Counted from the stretch's first letter, positions 1-9,619 are shown. The stretch: DNA of 64,000 bases from Nanoarchaeota archaeon SCGC AAA011-G17 (GCA_000402515.1 AQRL01000038.1:37344-101343); one strand, 5' to 3'. The notes: a model not told the origin generated them from the letters alone. A program made the numbers and translations.

Positions 1-1248
1 AAGGTTCAGTGTTATGATAAGGTTGGGAGGGTAAATATTTCTGAGGAGAGGCAGGTTAAGGTAACTTGTACTGAGGATTGGACTTGTGGTTCTTATGGAG
101 ATTTTGGTTCTTGTAGCAGTGGAACAAAAACAAGAACGAGAAGCTGTACAGATAAAAATAATTGTGGAAGAGTAAGTGTTAGTGATACTGATAGTGATAG
201 TTGTAGTACAACCAGTACTAGTTCCAGTTCAAGTGGTGGTTCAAGTTCATCAAGCAGTGTTGAGGATATTGGCTCTTCTGTGACTTTCAGCGGAGATGCT
301 GGGGATGAAAAGAAATACAGCTTTAGTGATGATATTGGGTTGACTGGAATGGAGATTACACTAAGGACAGCTGTGGCTGGAGGTACTATTGATGTTGAAA
401 AGATTTCAAAACCAAGTGATGTCAGTGCCCCTAATGGAATTGTTTATACCTATGTAAAAATAGATAAGGTTGATATAACTGATGATAATATTGATGAGGT
501 TCTTTTAAAATTCAGAATAGGAAAACCCTGGCTGAATGAGCATATTGGGGATGTTGTACTTAAGAGATATAATGATGGATGGAAGGATTTGCCAACATTG
601 AAGGCAAGTGATGATGATAATTATGCTTATTATGAGGCAATAAGCCCTGGATTTTCTGTATTTGCAATTGCAATCAGCGGAGAGGTATCTGTTAAAGATT
701 TAGAAAACAAAACAAGCGGGAATAAAACATTAAACGAGAGTAAAAGCGGATTAATTACAGGATTTTTTGGAAAGGATTTGCCTAGTGCACTAACTGGCTG
801 GATTAAGGATGTAAATAAATATGTCTGGATAGCTGGAATGCCTTTTGTTGTATTACTTATTATTGGGATTGTTTACAGGGAGAGAATATTCAGCAAAGCA
901 AGCAAAGAAGAAAGAGAGTTTGATAAGCACTTAAGAGAGAGAGCAAAATTAAAGGAGAGAGAGGAAAGAGACAGGGAAAAAAGACTTAAGGTTGAGCAGG
1001 AGATTAGAGAGGAAAAAGAGAGAATGGAGAAAAAAGATTTGGATGGTGCTATGAATAGGGCATTTAAAGACAAAAGAGGTATTTTTAGCAAAATAAAGGG
1101 GAAAGAAATTAAAGAAGAAGTGCCAAAAGCAGATAAAGTAGAAATTGTACATGAAGAGAAAAAGGGAATGTTTGGATTCTTTAAGGGATATAAAGAAAGA
1201 AGAGAAGAGAAAGAGAGAAGATTTGAATTTAAGGATATAAAGAAGTAA
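1..1248 (+). CDS. Surface protein, 5'-truncated at the window edge, with a PGF-pre-PGF-like motif, C-terminal TM helix and K/E/R-rich tail
   Basis: Frame 1 stays open from nt 1 up to the listed GTG at 280. The translation contains 'AISPGFSVFAIAISGE' (a PGF-pre-PGF-like motif). Upstream are Cys-Trp modules ('CTEDWTCGSYGDFGSC'). A hydrophobic helix 'IAGMPFVVLLIIGIVY' is followed by a highly charged KE-rich tail. Confidence 0.5.
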   Translation, partial: KVQCYDKVGRVNISEERQVKVTCTEDWTCGSYGDFGSCSSGTKTRTRSCTDKNNCGRVSVSDTDSDSCSTTSTSSSSSGGSSSSSSVEDIGSSVTFSGDAGDEKKYSFSDDIGLTGMEITLRTAVAGGTIDVEKISKPSDVSAPNGIVYTYVKIDKVDITDDNIDEVLLKFRIGKPWLNEHIGDVVLKRYNDGWKDLPTLKASDDDNYAYYEAISPGFSVFAIAISGEVSVKDLENKTSGNKTLNESKSGLITGFFGKDLPSALTGWIKDVNKYVWIAGMPFVVLLIIGIVYRERIFSKASKEEREFDKHLRERAKLKEREERDREKRLKVEQEIREEKERMEKKDLDGAMNRAFKDKRGIFSKIKGKEIKEEVPKADKVEIVHEEKKGMFGFFKGYKERREEKERRFEFKDIKK

Positions 1249-1285
1249 ATAAATATTTATATACTAGTTGATTTTAGTTAATAAA

Positions 1286-1705
1286 ATGGATGAATACACC
1301 CGTGATAATTTTTTGCATGACCTTCTCAATGATATGCATGACCTTTTAGGTGAACCAGAACAAAGACCATTTAGCGGACCAAGAAGGATTTATGGTGCTG
1401 AATATGAATTTTATGGTGATGTGGAATATCCCACTCTCAAAAGATTAGAAGGAAAGGTTCTTAATAGTGAGGTTCAGGAGATGCTAAAATTGAAGAATGG
1501 CAAGATTGAGGAATGTAAACAGAGAGGACACCATGATGTTGAGTTTGTTTATTCTTGTTCAATAGGAGATAAGGATTATATTACTGGGTTATGTAGCTCT
1601 TGTAATGTTATTGTAGCAAAAGAAAAGACAGAACCTATTCGTAAAAAAATTGCAGAATATTTCAAGACACAGAAAAGAATTAGGCATATGCCTTGCACTA
1701 TTTAA
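1286..1705 (+). CDS. Hypothetical protein with CxxC pair
   Basis: ORF only; the start is probably the internal ATG (MDEYTRD). It contains 'CSSC'. Confidence 0.3.
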   Translation: MDEYTRDNFLHDLLNDMHDLLGEPEQRPFSGPRRIYGAEYEFYGDVEYPTLKRLEGKVLNSEVQEMLKLKNGKIEECKQRGHHDVEFVYSCSIGDKDYITGLCSSCNVIVAKEKTEPIRKKIAEYFKTQKRIRHMPCTI

Positions 1706-1786
1706 AAAGTAAAACGCAACATTTATAAATACTTAATCTATATTTTTATTTTGTGAGAGAGAAAAAATCTGTTAAAATCTTTTTTA

Positions 1787-2152
1787 TTGAAAAAAAAGGA
1801 CTTTTTTCTCAGTTTGATGAAGATATTGCCTAGTTTAAGGGAAAAGAAAAGGTATTTGGTATTTGAAGTACTGAGTGAGGATAAGGTTAAAGACTTTAGA
1901 ATCATAAGAAGCGAAATACTAAATAATGTACATAGCTTTTTAGGGCAAGTAGATGCTGGAAAGGCAGGGGCAATGTTTTTGAAGGATTTATGGTTTAAGG
2001 ACAAACAAAAGGGAATATTAAGCATAAATAATAAATATGTGGATAAGGTTAAGATGTCTTTAATGCTAATAAAAAAATTAGAAGGAAAAGATGTTATTTT
2101 GAACAATATTGGATGCAGCGGAATACTAAATAAAGCTAAAAAATATATCTAA
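1787..2152 (+). CDS. rnp2: RNase P protein component Pop5 (Rpp14 family)
   Basis: Translation 'LREKKRYLVFEV' matches the Pop5 N-terminal signature. Length is ~120 aa. It sits first in the conserved Pop5-PsmA-exosome superoperon. Confidence 0.7.
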   Translation: MKKKDFFLSLMKILPSLREKKRYLVFEVLSEDKVKDFRIIRSEILNNVHSFLGQVDAGKAGAMFLKDLWFKDKQKGILSINNKYVDKVKMSLMLIKKLEGKDVILNNIGCSGILNKAKKYI

Positions 2153-2170
2153 AAAGGAGGATCATAAAAA

Positions 2171-2890
2171 ATGGAACAAACAATGTCACATCAGATGATG
2201 GGGTATGACAGGACTAGCACAATGTTCAGTCCTGATGGAAGATTATTACAGGTAGAGTATGCTAAAAAAACAGTAAGACAGGGAAGCACAGCAATAGGGA
2301 TAGTATGCAAAGACGGTGTATTATTAGTTACAGACAGAAGAGTAGCTGACAAATTAATTGTAGCAGAATCTGTTGAGAAATTATTTAAGGTAGATGATCA
2401 TATCGGCGCTGCTGTTTCTGGATTTATTAGTGATGGCAGAGTGCTAATTGAAAGAGCAAGAGTAAAGGCACAGCAATACAGAGTTACTTATGACGAGCCT
2501 ATAGATGTTCAGGAATTAGTCAAGGAAATTTCTGATGTCAAGCAGGCCTTCAGCCAGTATGGCGGTGCAAGACCTTTTGGTGTTTCAATATTATTTGCAG
2601 GAATTGATGAGAGCGGAATCAAGTTATTTGCTACAGAGCCAAGCGGGATTTTTTTCCAGTACAGAGCAACTGCCATTGGTGAAGGGGAAGTGGAGATTAC
2701 TGCTTTCTTGAATGAGGAATACAAGGATGGAATGAGTTTGGATGACGGATTGAAATTGGCTATTAAGGCTTTCAAAAAGATTCTTGGAAAAGATTTTGAT
2801 ATAAACAGGATGACTGGCGGGTATATTGATAATAATGAGAAAAAATTCACCAAATATGACATAAACCAAATCAGAAAAATAGCAAAGTAA
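2171..2890 (+). CDS. psmA: Proteasome alpha subunit
   Basis: 'GYDRTSTMFSPDGRLLQVEYAKK' is the classic alpha-subunit N-terminus. A strong SD (aaaggagga) precedes the ATG. Confidence 0.9.
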   Translation: MEQTMSHQMMGYDRTSTMFSPDGRLLQVEYAKKTVRQGSTAIGIVCKDGVLLVTDRRVADKLIVAESVEKLFKVDDHIGAAVSGFISDGRVLIERARVKAQQYRVTYDEPIDVQELVKEISDVKQAFSQYGGARPFGVSILFAGIDESGIKLFATEPSGIFFQYRATAIGEGEVEITAFLNEEYKDGMSLDDGLKLAIKAFKKILGKDFDINRMTGGYIDNNEKKFTKYDINQIRKIAK

Positions 2891-2891
2891 A

Positions 2892-3578
2892 ATGGATTTT
2901 AATAAAGCAGTTGTTGCAAAACTGAAGAAGGATGGAGAAAATTTTGAGATCTTAGTAAATTGCGACAAGGCAATTGATTTCAAGAAAGGAAAAGGAACTA
3001 TTCAGGATGCTGTTGTTGCCGAATATATCTACAAGGACAGCAAGAAGGGAGATAAGGCTTCTGAGCACGAAATAGAGAAATATTTTGAAACAACTGACTT
3101 TTATGAGGTTGCTGAAATAATTCTTAAACATGGAGAGATCCAATTAACTGCAGAATACAGGGGCAAGCTTAGAGAAGAAAAGAGGAAAAAGATTCTTGAA
3201 TTAATACATAGAAATGCTATTGATTCTCAGACAGGCTTTCCACATCCGGTAATTAGAATAGAAAAGGCTATGGAAGAGGCTAAAGTAAAGATTGATGAAT
3301 TCAAAAATGCCGAGGAGCAGATTGAGGATATTTTAGAAAAAATAAAAGAGATTATTCCAATCAAATTTGCAGTAAAAGAATTTTGGGTCAGAATACCTGC
3401 ACAGTTTGGGGGACAGGCTTATGCCATTTTCAAGAAATTCGGAAAGATTTTGAAAGAGGATTGGGGTGATGGCTTGGCTATCACTATTGAAATTCCCGGT
3501 GGAATGACAGAGGAATTTTTCAGCAAACTAAACAGCTTAACTCATGGTGATGTAGAAAGCAAGGAGATCAAGAAATGA
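2892..3578 (+). CDS. sdo1: Ribosome maturation protein SBDS/Sdo1
   Basis: 'VVAKLKKDGENFEILVNCDKAIDF' matches the SBDS N-terminal domain. The canonical position after psmA supports the call. Confidence 0.8.
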   Translation: MDFNKAVVAKLKKDGENFEILVNCDKAIDFKKGKGTIQDAVVAEYIYKDSKKGDKASEHEIEKYFETTDFYEVAEIILKHGEIQLTAEYRGKLREEKRKKILELIHRNAIDSQTGFPHPVIRIEKAMEEAKVKIDEFKNAEEQIEDILEKIKEIIPIKFAVKEFWVRIPAQFGGQAYAIFKKFGKILKEDWGDGLAITIEIPGGMTEEFFSKLNSLTHGDVESKEIKK

Positions 3579-4096
3579 ATGGAATATTTGTAAGACCAGA
3601 AACATTAGAAGAGGCATTAATGAATGAGGGATTATATTCAGGGATATTACAAGGGCTGGTTGATTCCTTTAGCGAGGATAGGAATCAGTTTGTTTTTGAT
3701 GAAATAATGGAATCTAACAAATCTGAAGAGGAAAAACTAAATATATTATCAAAAAAAGAATTTATTTTTAAAAAAGATTATAGTTTATTAAAAAGAAGAA
3801 TTAGTTATGAAGAGACAATACCTAGAAAGATATTGGTTAGTTATCCAAAGAGGTTTCTTGATAAACACTTTGGTCCAATAATTGATAAACACTTTGGTCC
3901 ACTAACATTACAGCAAGCAGTATATGCCTTTTGTAATGATAGGAATGTTTTAAGAGAATATGAAAGAGAGAAGGTAGTTGGTTCTTATTGTACTGAACAT
4001 GAGCTTTTGGAATTAGTAAAAAATAAAATGAATCCGTATGAGTATTTACTTGTTTTAAAGAATATAGGGAGGAAAAATGGGAAAAATATTAATTGA
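3575..4096 (+). CDS. Hypothetical protein embedded between SBDS and Rrp4 (overlaps both neighbours)
   Basis: It overlaps sdo1 by 4 nt and rrp4 by 20 nt. I recognise no family. It contains the internal tandem repeat DKHFGPII/DKHFGPLT. Confidence 0.4.
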   Translation: MNGIFVRPETLEEALMNEGLYSGILQGLVDSFSEDRNQFVFDEIMESNKSEEEKLNILSKKEFIFKKDYSLLKRRISYEETIPRKILVSYPKRFLDKHFGPIIDKHFGPLTLQQAVYAFCNDRNVLREYEREKVVGSYCTEHELLELVKNKMNPYEYLLVLKNIGRKNGKNIN

Positions 4097-4793
4097 GGAT
4101 AAAAGTATTGCAGTTCCTGGTGAAATATTAGCAGAGGGAATGGATTTTCTGCCTGCTGGCGGGGTATTCAGAGAGAATGACAAGATTATAGCTTCACAGA
4201 TTGGAATTGTTAATATTGATAATAGATTAGTTAAATTAATACCTTTGAACGGGCGTTACAGCCCTAAGAAGAGTGATATGGTTATTGGGGATGTTGTTAA
4301 TATAACTTTCAGCGGCTGGGTTATTGATATAGGATGCACAAATTTTGCAGTATTGCCAATAAGAGATGCAACCAGTGATTTTATTGATAAGGGTGAGGAT
4401 CTTAGCAGATATTATGGATTTAAGGACATTGTAGTTGCCAAGATATCCAATGTAAGCAAAACAAATCTTATTGACCTGACAATGAAGGGCCCCGGGCTTA
4501 TGAAAATTAAGGGGGGAATGCTGATTGATGTTACTCCTTCAAGAGTTCCAAGAATAATTGGAAAACAGGGAAGCATGATTTCTCTGCTGAAAGAGAGAAC
4601 AGGGTGCAAAATAATTGTCGGCCAAAATGGCAAGGTTTGGATCAAGGGAGAAAATTTTGAGAGTGAAAAGAAGGCAATTGATGCTATCAGGATGATTAAT
4701 AATCTGGCGCATACTACCGGACTTACTGATAAAATTTCTGAATTTTTGGGAGGAAGTGAAAATGTACAAAAGAAAGAGCAGGAAACTGGATGA
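4077..4793 (+). CDS. rrp4: Exosome complex RNA-binding protein Rrp4 (S1+KH)
   Basis: S1-like region plus KH motif 'IIGKQGSMISLLKERTGCKIIVGQNG'. The operon context supports the call. Confidence 0.85.
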   Translation: MGKILIEDKSIAVPGEILAEGMDFLPAGGVFRENDKIIASQIGIVNIDNRLVKLIPLNGRYSPKKSDMVIGDVVNITFSGWVIDIGCTNFAVLPIRDATSDFIDKGEDLSRYYGFKDIVVAKISNVSKTNLIDLTMKGPGLMKIKGGMLIDVTPSRVPRIIGKQGSMISLLKERTGCKIIVGQNGKVWIKGENFESEKKAIDAIRMINNLAHTTGLTDKISEFLGGSENVQKKEQETG

Positions 4794-5463
4794 GCCAAGG
4801 GAGATGGAGGCTAAGGTCGGAATTATAAAGAGAGCTGACGGCAGTGCGATGTTTAAGATAGGAAACACAATTGCTATGGCTGCTGTTTACGGCCCCAGGA
4901 ATTTATATCCTAAATTTATGCAAAATCCTGAAAAGGGAATTTTACGAGTTAATTATAATATGTTTTCTTTTTCAGTCAGCGAAAGGATAAGACCCGGACC
5001 AAGCAGAAGAAGCAAAGAAATCAGTTTAGTCAGCGAGAATGCTTTATTGTCCTGCCTGAACTTAGAGGAATTTCCGAATTCAGTTATAGATGTTTATATT
5101 GAAATCTTGCAGGCTGATGCCGGCACGAGATGTGCGGGTATTTGTGCTGCTTCAATGGCTCTTGCTGATGCAGGCATACCAATGAGAGATTTGGTCAGCG
5201 CTATCAGTGTCGGCAAAGTTGGGGATGCTATTGTTGTTGACCTGGATAAAGAGGAAGAGGATTATGAAGGAGGCAGTACGGACATGCCTATTGCAATGAT
5301 GCCAAGAAATGGAAAAATATCTCTGCTACAAATGGATGGAAACATGAGCAAGGAAGATATAAAGAAGGCTTTGGAGCTTGGAAGAAATACCTGTAATAAA
5401 ATTTATGAGCTGCAGAAAAGAACCTTGAAAGAGAAGTATATGGTGGAAGTTGAAAATGAATAA
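4756..5463 (+). CDS. rrp41: Exosome complex exonuclease Rrp41 (RNase PH-like)
   Basis: RNase PH domain: 'RADGSAMFKIGNTIAMAAVYGPR' and 'DAGTRCAGICAASMALADAGIPMRD'. The true start may lie downstream of 4756. Confidence 0.85.
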   Translation: MKMYKRKSRKLDEPREMEAKVGIIKRADGSAMFKIGNTIAMAAVYGPRNLYPKFMQNPEKGILRVNYNMFSFSVSERIRPGPSRRSKEISLVSENALLSCLNLEEFPNSVIDVYIEILQADAGTRCAGICAASMALADAGIPMRDLVSAISVGKVGDAIVVDLDKEEEDYEGGSTDMPIAMMPRNGKISLLQMDGNMSKEDIKKALELGRNTCNKIYELQKRTLKEKYMVEVENE

Positions 5464-6223
5464 TGTCAGCAAAGAGTATCTTCTTAGCCTATTACAGAGC
5501 GGAAGGAGATTAGATGGAAGAAAATTAAATGAATACAGAGATATTAAAATTGAATTAAATGTCAGCAAGAATGCAGAGGGCAGTGCAAGGGTTAAGTTGG
5601 GGAATAGTGAGGTTATAGTTGGTGTTAAGCTAGAGGTTGGAACACCTTTTCCTGATATGCCTGATGAGGGGAGCATTATTGTTACTGCTGAATTATTGCC
5701 TTTCTCAAATCCTGAGTTTGAATCAGGACCACCAAATTCACAGAGTATTGAATTGGCAAGGGTTGTTGACAGGGGAATCAGGGAGAGCAAGGCGCTTGAT
5801 TTCAAAAAATTGTGCATTGTAGAGGGAGAGAAGGTCTGGCTTGTACTAATTGATATTTATACTATTAATGATGAAGGGAATTTACAGGATGCTGCTGCTC
5901 TTGCTGCAATGGCTGCTTTAATGCATGCAAAGATTCCAAAGTATGATGGAAACAAGGTTGATTATCATGAGCATAGTGGAAATCTTCCATTAACAAGAAA
6001 ACCTCTTGAGTGCACTGTAATGAAGATAGGAGAGCATTTTATAGTTGATCCTGTTAAGGAAGAGGAGGCTTTTGTTGATGCCAGATTAACTGTTGCGGTA
6101 ATAGAGGACGGGAATGTCTGTGCAATGCAGAAGGGCGGAGAGAAAGCCTTAAGTATTGAAGATGCAGAAAAAATGATTGAAATTGCTATTGAAAAGACAA
6201 ACGAGATGAGGAAGAAACTATGA
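5450..6223 (+). CDS. rrp42: Exosome complex component Rrp42 (inactive RNase PH-like)
   Basis: 'LDGRKLNEYRDIKIELNVSKNAEGSARVKLGNSEVIVGVK' has the RNase PH fold. It directly follows rrp41. Confidence 0.85.
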   Translation: MKMNNVSKEYLLSLLQSGRRLDGRKLNEYRDIKIELNVSKNAEGSARVKLGNSEVIVGVKLEVGTPFPDMPDEGSIIVTAELLPFSNPEFESGPPNSQSIELARVVDRGIRESKALDFKKLCIVEGEKVWLVLIDIYTINDEGNLQDAAALAAMAALMHAKIPKYDGNKVDYHEHSGNLPLTRKPLECTVMKIGEHFIVDPVKEEEAFVDARLTVAVIEDGNVCAMQKGGEKALSIEDAEKMIEIAIEKTNEMRKKL

Positions 6224-6465
6224 GCTTTGGAACAGATAAATATGAAAGATATGAAGATTGTTCTAGACGTTGTGGTATACCTTTTCCGGAAAGTAGACAA
6301 ACACAACTTAGGAATATACCTATAGGTGAGTCATTTGTAAAGGATGGTAAGTTATACTACAACAATGGAGATGGTACAGCTGAACCAGCAATAGGTCCTA
6401 GAGTTAATTGTGGTGATGATACTTCAGAAAATTTTTCATTAGACACAATAGTAAAAAGAAGGTGA
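6220..6465 (+). CDS. Hypothetical small protein, translationally coupled to rrp42
   Basis: 4-nt overlap with rrp42. No zinc-ribbon typical of L37ae, which normally occupies this slot. Confidence 0.35.
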   Translation: MSFGTDKYERYEDCSRRCGIPFPESRQTQLRNIPIGESFVKDGKLYYNNGDGTAEPAIGPRVNCGDDTSENFSLDTIVKRR

Positions 6466-6477
6466 GCGGGGGAGAAA

Positions 6478-6699
6478 ATGAATGAAACTATTGAAAAGTG
6501 TTTAGAAGATGCTCAAACAGACAGAAAAATGGCAGAAAAAGAGTTTAGGGATACGTCTGATGGTAATTATAAAGGGGATATAGGTACTGAATTAAAAATG
6601 CATAATGCCTTAAATGGTATTTATTATATGTTGGGTGCTTTATACCATCAGCAAGAAGCAATTATTGCTCAAAATGAGGAAAGAAGTGGAAAAAAATGA
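6478..6699 (+). CDS. Hypothetical small protein, translationally coupled to rpoK
   Basis: RBS gggggag upstream. The stop overlaps the rpoK start. Confidence 0.35.
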   Translation: MNETIEKCLEDAQTDRKMAEKEFRDTSDGNYKGDIGTELKMHNALNGIYYMLGALYHQQEAIIAQNEERSGKK

Positions 6700-6908
6700 A
6701 TTATACAAAATATGAAAAGGCAAGGATAATCGGGGCAAGGGCTTTGCAGATTTCAATGGGCGCTCCTTTGTTACTGAAATTAAAGAAAGAAGACTTTGAA
6801 AAAATAAATTACAGGCCTGTAGAGATTGCAAAGATGGAGTTTGAAAAGGGGATAATTCCAATTACGGTAAGGAGACCTATGCCTAACAAAGTAGCTGGAA
6901 AAGAATAA
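6696..6908 (+). CDS. rpoK: DNA-directed RNA polymerase subunit K (Rpb6 homolog)
   Basis: '[23 protein letters not shown]' is the RpoK/Rpb6 signature. Confidence 0.8.
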   Translation: MNYTKYEKARIIGARALQISMGAPLLLKLKKEDFEKINYRPVEIAKMEFEKGIIPITVRRPMPNKVAGKE

Positions 6909-6944
6909 TAAAATTTATAAGGCTGACTTCTTTTTCTTTTAGTT

Positions 6945-8129
6945 ATGAAGATTAAAGGCATTAAAGCGCGAAAGATATTAAATTCTAAGGGTGAATTAAC
7001 TATTGAGATAGAGGTTGACGGCTTTAGGGCTTCTATCGGCAATGGAACAAGTGTCGGAAAATTTGAGGTTGTTGCACTGCCTCCTGATTTAGATAAACTA
7101 GTTGAATTGGTTAATCACAAATTGAACAAAGAGCTTGGAGGCTTGTCTATTAATTCTTTTGATGACCTTGATAAGATTGAAAGGGCAATAAAGACAATAG
7201 ACGCAAGCAGTAATTTCAAGGAAATAGGGGGAAATATTCTTGTTAATTTAGAGCTTGCTTTGCTAAAGGCTGCGAGTGAGAATAATGTGTGGAAGTTTTT
7301 AGATCCTAAGGTTAAAAAGATGCCAATACCAATTGGGAATATTGTTGGAGGGGGAAAGCATTCTGGAGCAAACTGCCCGGATATCCAGGAATTTTTAATT
7401 ATACCAAAAACTAAGGATATTTTTGAGGCGGTATTTGTAAATGCCAAATTTCATGAATTAATAAAAGATGATATAATCAAGAGAGACAAGAATTTTAATT
7501 TTGGCAGGAATATTGAGGGTGCATGGTGCCCTAACCTGAATAATTATGAAGTGCTTGACATGCTGAACAAATTCAGAGAGAGAATTGAAAAGGAGTTCAA
7601 GGTTAAAGTAAGTCTTGGAATTGATTTAGCTGCCTCTGGATTATGGAACGGGAGGAAGTACCAGTACAGGAATTATTCAAGGTTCAGGCAGAAGAGAGTT
7701 TTATCCAGAGAAGACCAGATTGGTTTTGTTAAGAAGTTAATAGCTAATTATGATTTGAAATATGTTGAAGACCCATTACAAGAGGAGGATATTGAAGGGT
7801 TTAAGGAATTAAAAGGAGATTGTATGATTGTTGGTGATGATTTGATTGCTACAAACTTAGACAGAATAAGACTGGCGCAAGAGGCTATCAATGGGGTAAT
7901 TATAAAACCAAACCAAATTGGAAGCCTTTTGAAAGCAAAGGCGGTAGTTGACTTTGCTAAGAGCAAGAAAATGAAAATAATTGTAAGCCATAGAAGCGGC
8001 GAGACAGAGGATAATGTTCTTGCTCATTTAGCTGTCGGCTGGGAGGCTGATTATATCAAGACAGGGATTGTTGGGGGAGAGAGGACAAGCAAGCTGAATG
8101 AGTTGTTGAGGATTAGCGAGAACTTGTAG
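6945..8129 (+). CDS. eno: Enolase (divergent)
   Basis: Exact enolase motifs 'IIKPNQIGSL' and 'SHRSGETED'. The canonical rpoK-eno-S2 neighbourhood supports the call. Confidence 0.85.
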   Translation: MKIKGIKARKILNSKGELTIEIEVDGFRASIGNGTSVGKFEVVALPPDLDKLVELVNHKLNKELGGLSINSFDDLDKIERAIKTIDASSNFKEIGGNILVNLELALLKAASENNVWKFLDPKVKKMPIPIGNIVGGGKHSGANCPDIQEFLIIPKTKDIFEAVFVNAKFHELIKDDIIKRDKNFNFGRNIEGAWCPNLNNYEVLDMLNKFRERIEKEFKVKVSLGIDLAASGLWNGRKYQYRNYSRFRQKRVLSREDQIGFVKKLIANYDLKYVEDPLQEEDIEGFKELKGDCMIVGDDLIATNLDRIRLAQEAINGVIIKPNQIGSLLKAKAVVDFAKSKKMKIIVSHRSGETEDNVLAHLAVGWEADYIKTGIVGGERTSKLNELLRISENL

Positions 8130-8183
8130 AAAAGTATATAAATAAATAATCTATATTAAATAATATATAAAGGAGGTGTTTGA

Positions 8184-8849
8184 ATGAATTTTATTGATAC
8201 TGGGAGTGCAATTCTTAATCCGTTTCAAAGCATCTGGATTAGTTTTGTGGGGATATTACCCTCATTAATTGCTGCCCTGCTTTTGATTATACTTGGTTAT
8301 TTATTGGGGACTGTTTTGGGGCATATTCTAAAATTAGCATTAGAGAAGATTGGCGTTGAGAAGAAATTACAGAAAATAGAGCTGACAAGAAATATCGGCA
8401 AGATGCATTTCTCTGCAATATGCGGTGAATTATTGAAATGGTATGTATTAATTATATTTTTGCAGGCAGGCGTTGATTTATTAAATCTTGGAACTTTATC
8501 TGATGTCCTGACAACCTTTGTCAACTGGATGCCACAGCTTATTGTTGGTGTAATCGTAATATTATTCGGAATGCTAATTGCACATTATGTTGAATTGAAA
8601 ATCAGAGAGAACAGCGATGTTAAGGGAGTAAGACTAAGTGCAGTTGCCCTGAAATGGGTAATTGTATTTGCGGTTATATTGACTGCATTAAAACAAATCG
8701 GTCTTGATATCAGCTTGTTTGAGAATGCGTTCTATCTAGTCTTTGGTGCAATAGCAATAGGTCTTGCTCTGGCTCTTGGAATAGGATTGGGATTAGGAAT
8801 GAGAAAGGGTGGAGAGAAATTTATAGACAAGATAATGAATAACTTTTAA
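8184..8849 (+). CDS. Multi-pass membrane protein (unknown function)
   Basis: Several hydrophobic helices. SD aaaggagg upstream. The stop lies inside the 35-bp direct repeat. Confidence 0.5.
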   Translation: MNFIDTGSAILNPFQSIWISFVGILPSLIAALLLIILGYLLGTVLGHILKLALEKIGVEKKLQKIELTRNIGKMHFSAICGELLKWYVLIIFLQAGVDLLNLGTLSDVLTTFVNWMPQLIVGVIVILFGMLIAHYVELKIRENSDVKGVRLSAVALKWVIVFAVILTALKQIGLDISLFENAFYLVFGAIAIGLALALGIGLGLGMRKGGEKFIDKIMNNF

Positions 8850-8871
8850 TTCTTTTTTTTCTTTTATTTTT
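8837..8871. repeat. 35-bp perfect direct repeat, copy A (copy B at 10199..10233); spans the stops of the converging genes and a T-tract
   Basis: gaataacttttaattcttttttttcttttattttt is identical at both sites. Confidence 0.8.
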
Positions 8872-9619
8872 TTGATATTTTCCATAAAGTATAAAAGTAT
8901 TGTTTGAATCCTTCTGCAAGTGTTTTGCTTCTAATAAAAATTGTGATTTCTTTTTCTTCTTTTTTTAGAATTGGGATGATTGTGATGTCTTTGTAAATAT
9001 TTATAGGAATTGCGCTTGTTTGATCTAAGAATCTTTCTTCGTTATATTTGTTTATTTTTTGGTGGTGCTCTTTTACACCCCTTAAGTTTTTTGTAAAAAT
9101 AACCTTTGTTCTTATCTTTGCGTTTATTCTTTTTTTATGGAAGTTTAGGAAAAAATTTAATTGCTGTTTATTTAGCGTATCGTCAACACCAAATACAAGA
9201 AATTCTTCTTCTTGATTGAATTCATTTTCTACTATCTGGAAGGCATTTTTTAAACCCCGAAATCCTTCAAAGATTTCTGTTCTTTGTTTTTGTATATTTG
9301 AAGATTGAATATTCATGAGAGTTGGTAATAATTCTGAAATTTCTTTTTCCTGTTCTTTTATTTTTTCTTGTTTTTTATGGAGTAAATCCAATAAAAAATT
9401 TGGCGGAGAAGCATTGTAATGTCTAACTTTATTTTTAAAAGAGATTGAAACTAATCCTTTTTGAACTAGTTTATCAAGAATGTCATATATTTTTGATTTT
9501 GTCACCCCGGATTCCTTAACTATACCCCCTATAGATGATTGCCCTATTTTTAATAAAGCAAGATATGCTTTTACTTCTCCATTTGTTAAACCTATTTCAT
9601 ATAGAATCTCTTTGTTCAT
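8864..9619 (-). CDS. TrmB-family transcriptional regulator (paralog 1 of 3)
   Basis: N-terminal wHTH 'YEIGLTNGEVKAYLALLKIGQSSIGGIVKESGVTKSKIYDILDKLVQKGLV' is TrmB-like. It has a C-terminal sensor-like domain. Paralogs at 15977 and 19211 share the 'LWKISKK' C-terminus. Confidence 0.7.
   Translation of the reverse strand: MNKEILYEIGLTNGEVKAYLALLKIGQSSIGGIVKESGVTKSKIYDILDKLVQKGLVSISFKNKVRHYNASPPNFLLDLLHKKQEKIKEQEKEISELLPTLMNIQSSNIQKQRTEIFEGFRGLKNAFQIVENEFNQEEEFLVFGVDDTLNKQQLNFFLNFHKKRINAKIRTKVIFTKNLRGVKEHHQKINKYNEERFLDQTSAIPINIYKDITIIPILKKEEKEITIFIRSKTLAEGFKQYFYTLWKISKK

Noticed and set aside
873-1152. Minus-strand ORFs 873..1091 and 949..1152
   Set aside because: They lie antisense within the K/E-rich tail of the 1..1248 gene. 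The low-complexity Leu/Ser/Phe translation is typical of shadow ORFs.
1738-2106. ORF antisense to pop5
   Set aside because: Fully contained in a well-supported gene on the other strand, with a low-complexity product.
6220-6465. Possibility that this ORF is ribosomal protein L37ae (expected at this operon position)
   Set aside because: It has no C4 zinc-ribbon (CPxCG...CxxC) and no sequence resemblance. It is kept as hypothetical.
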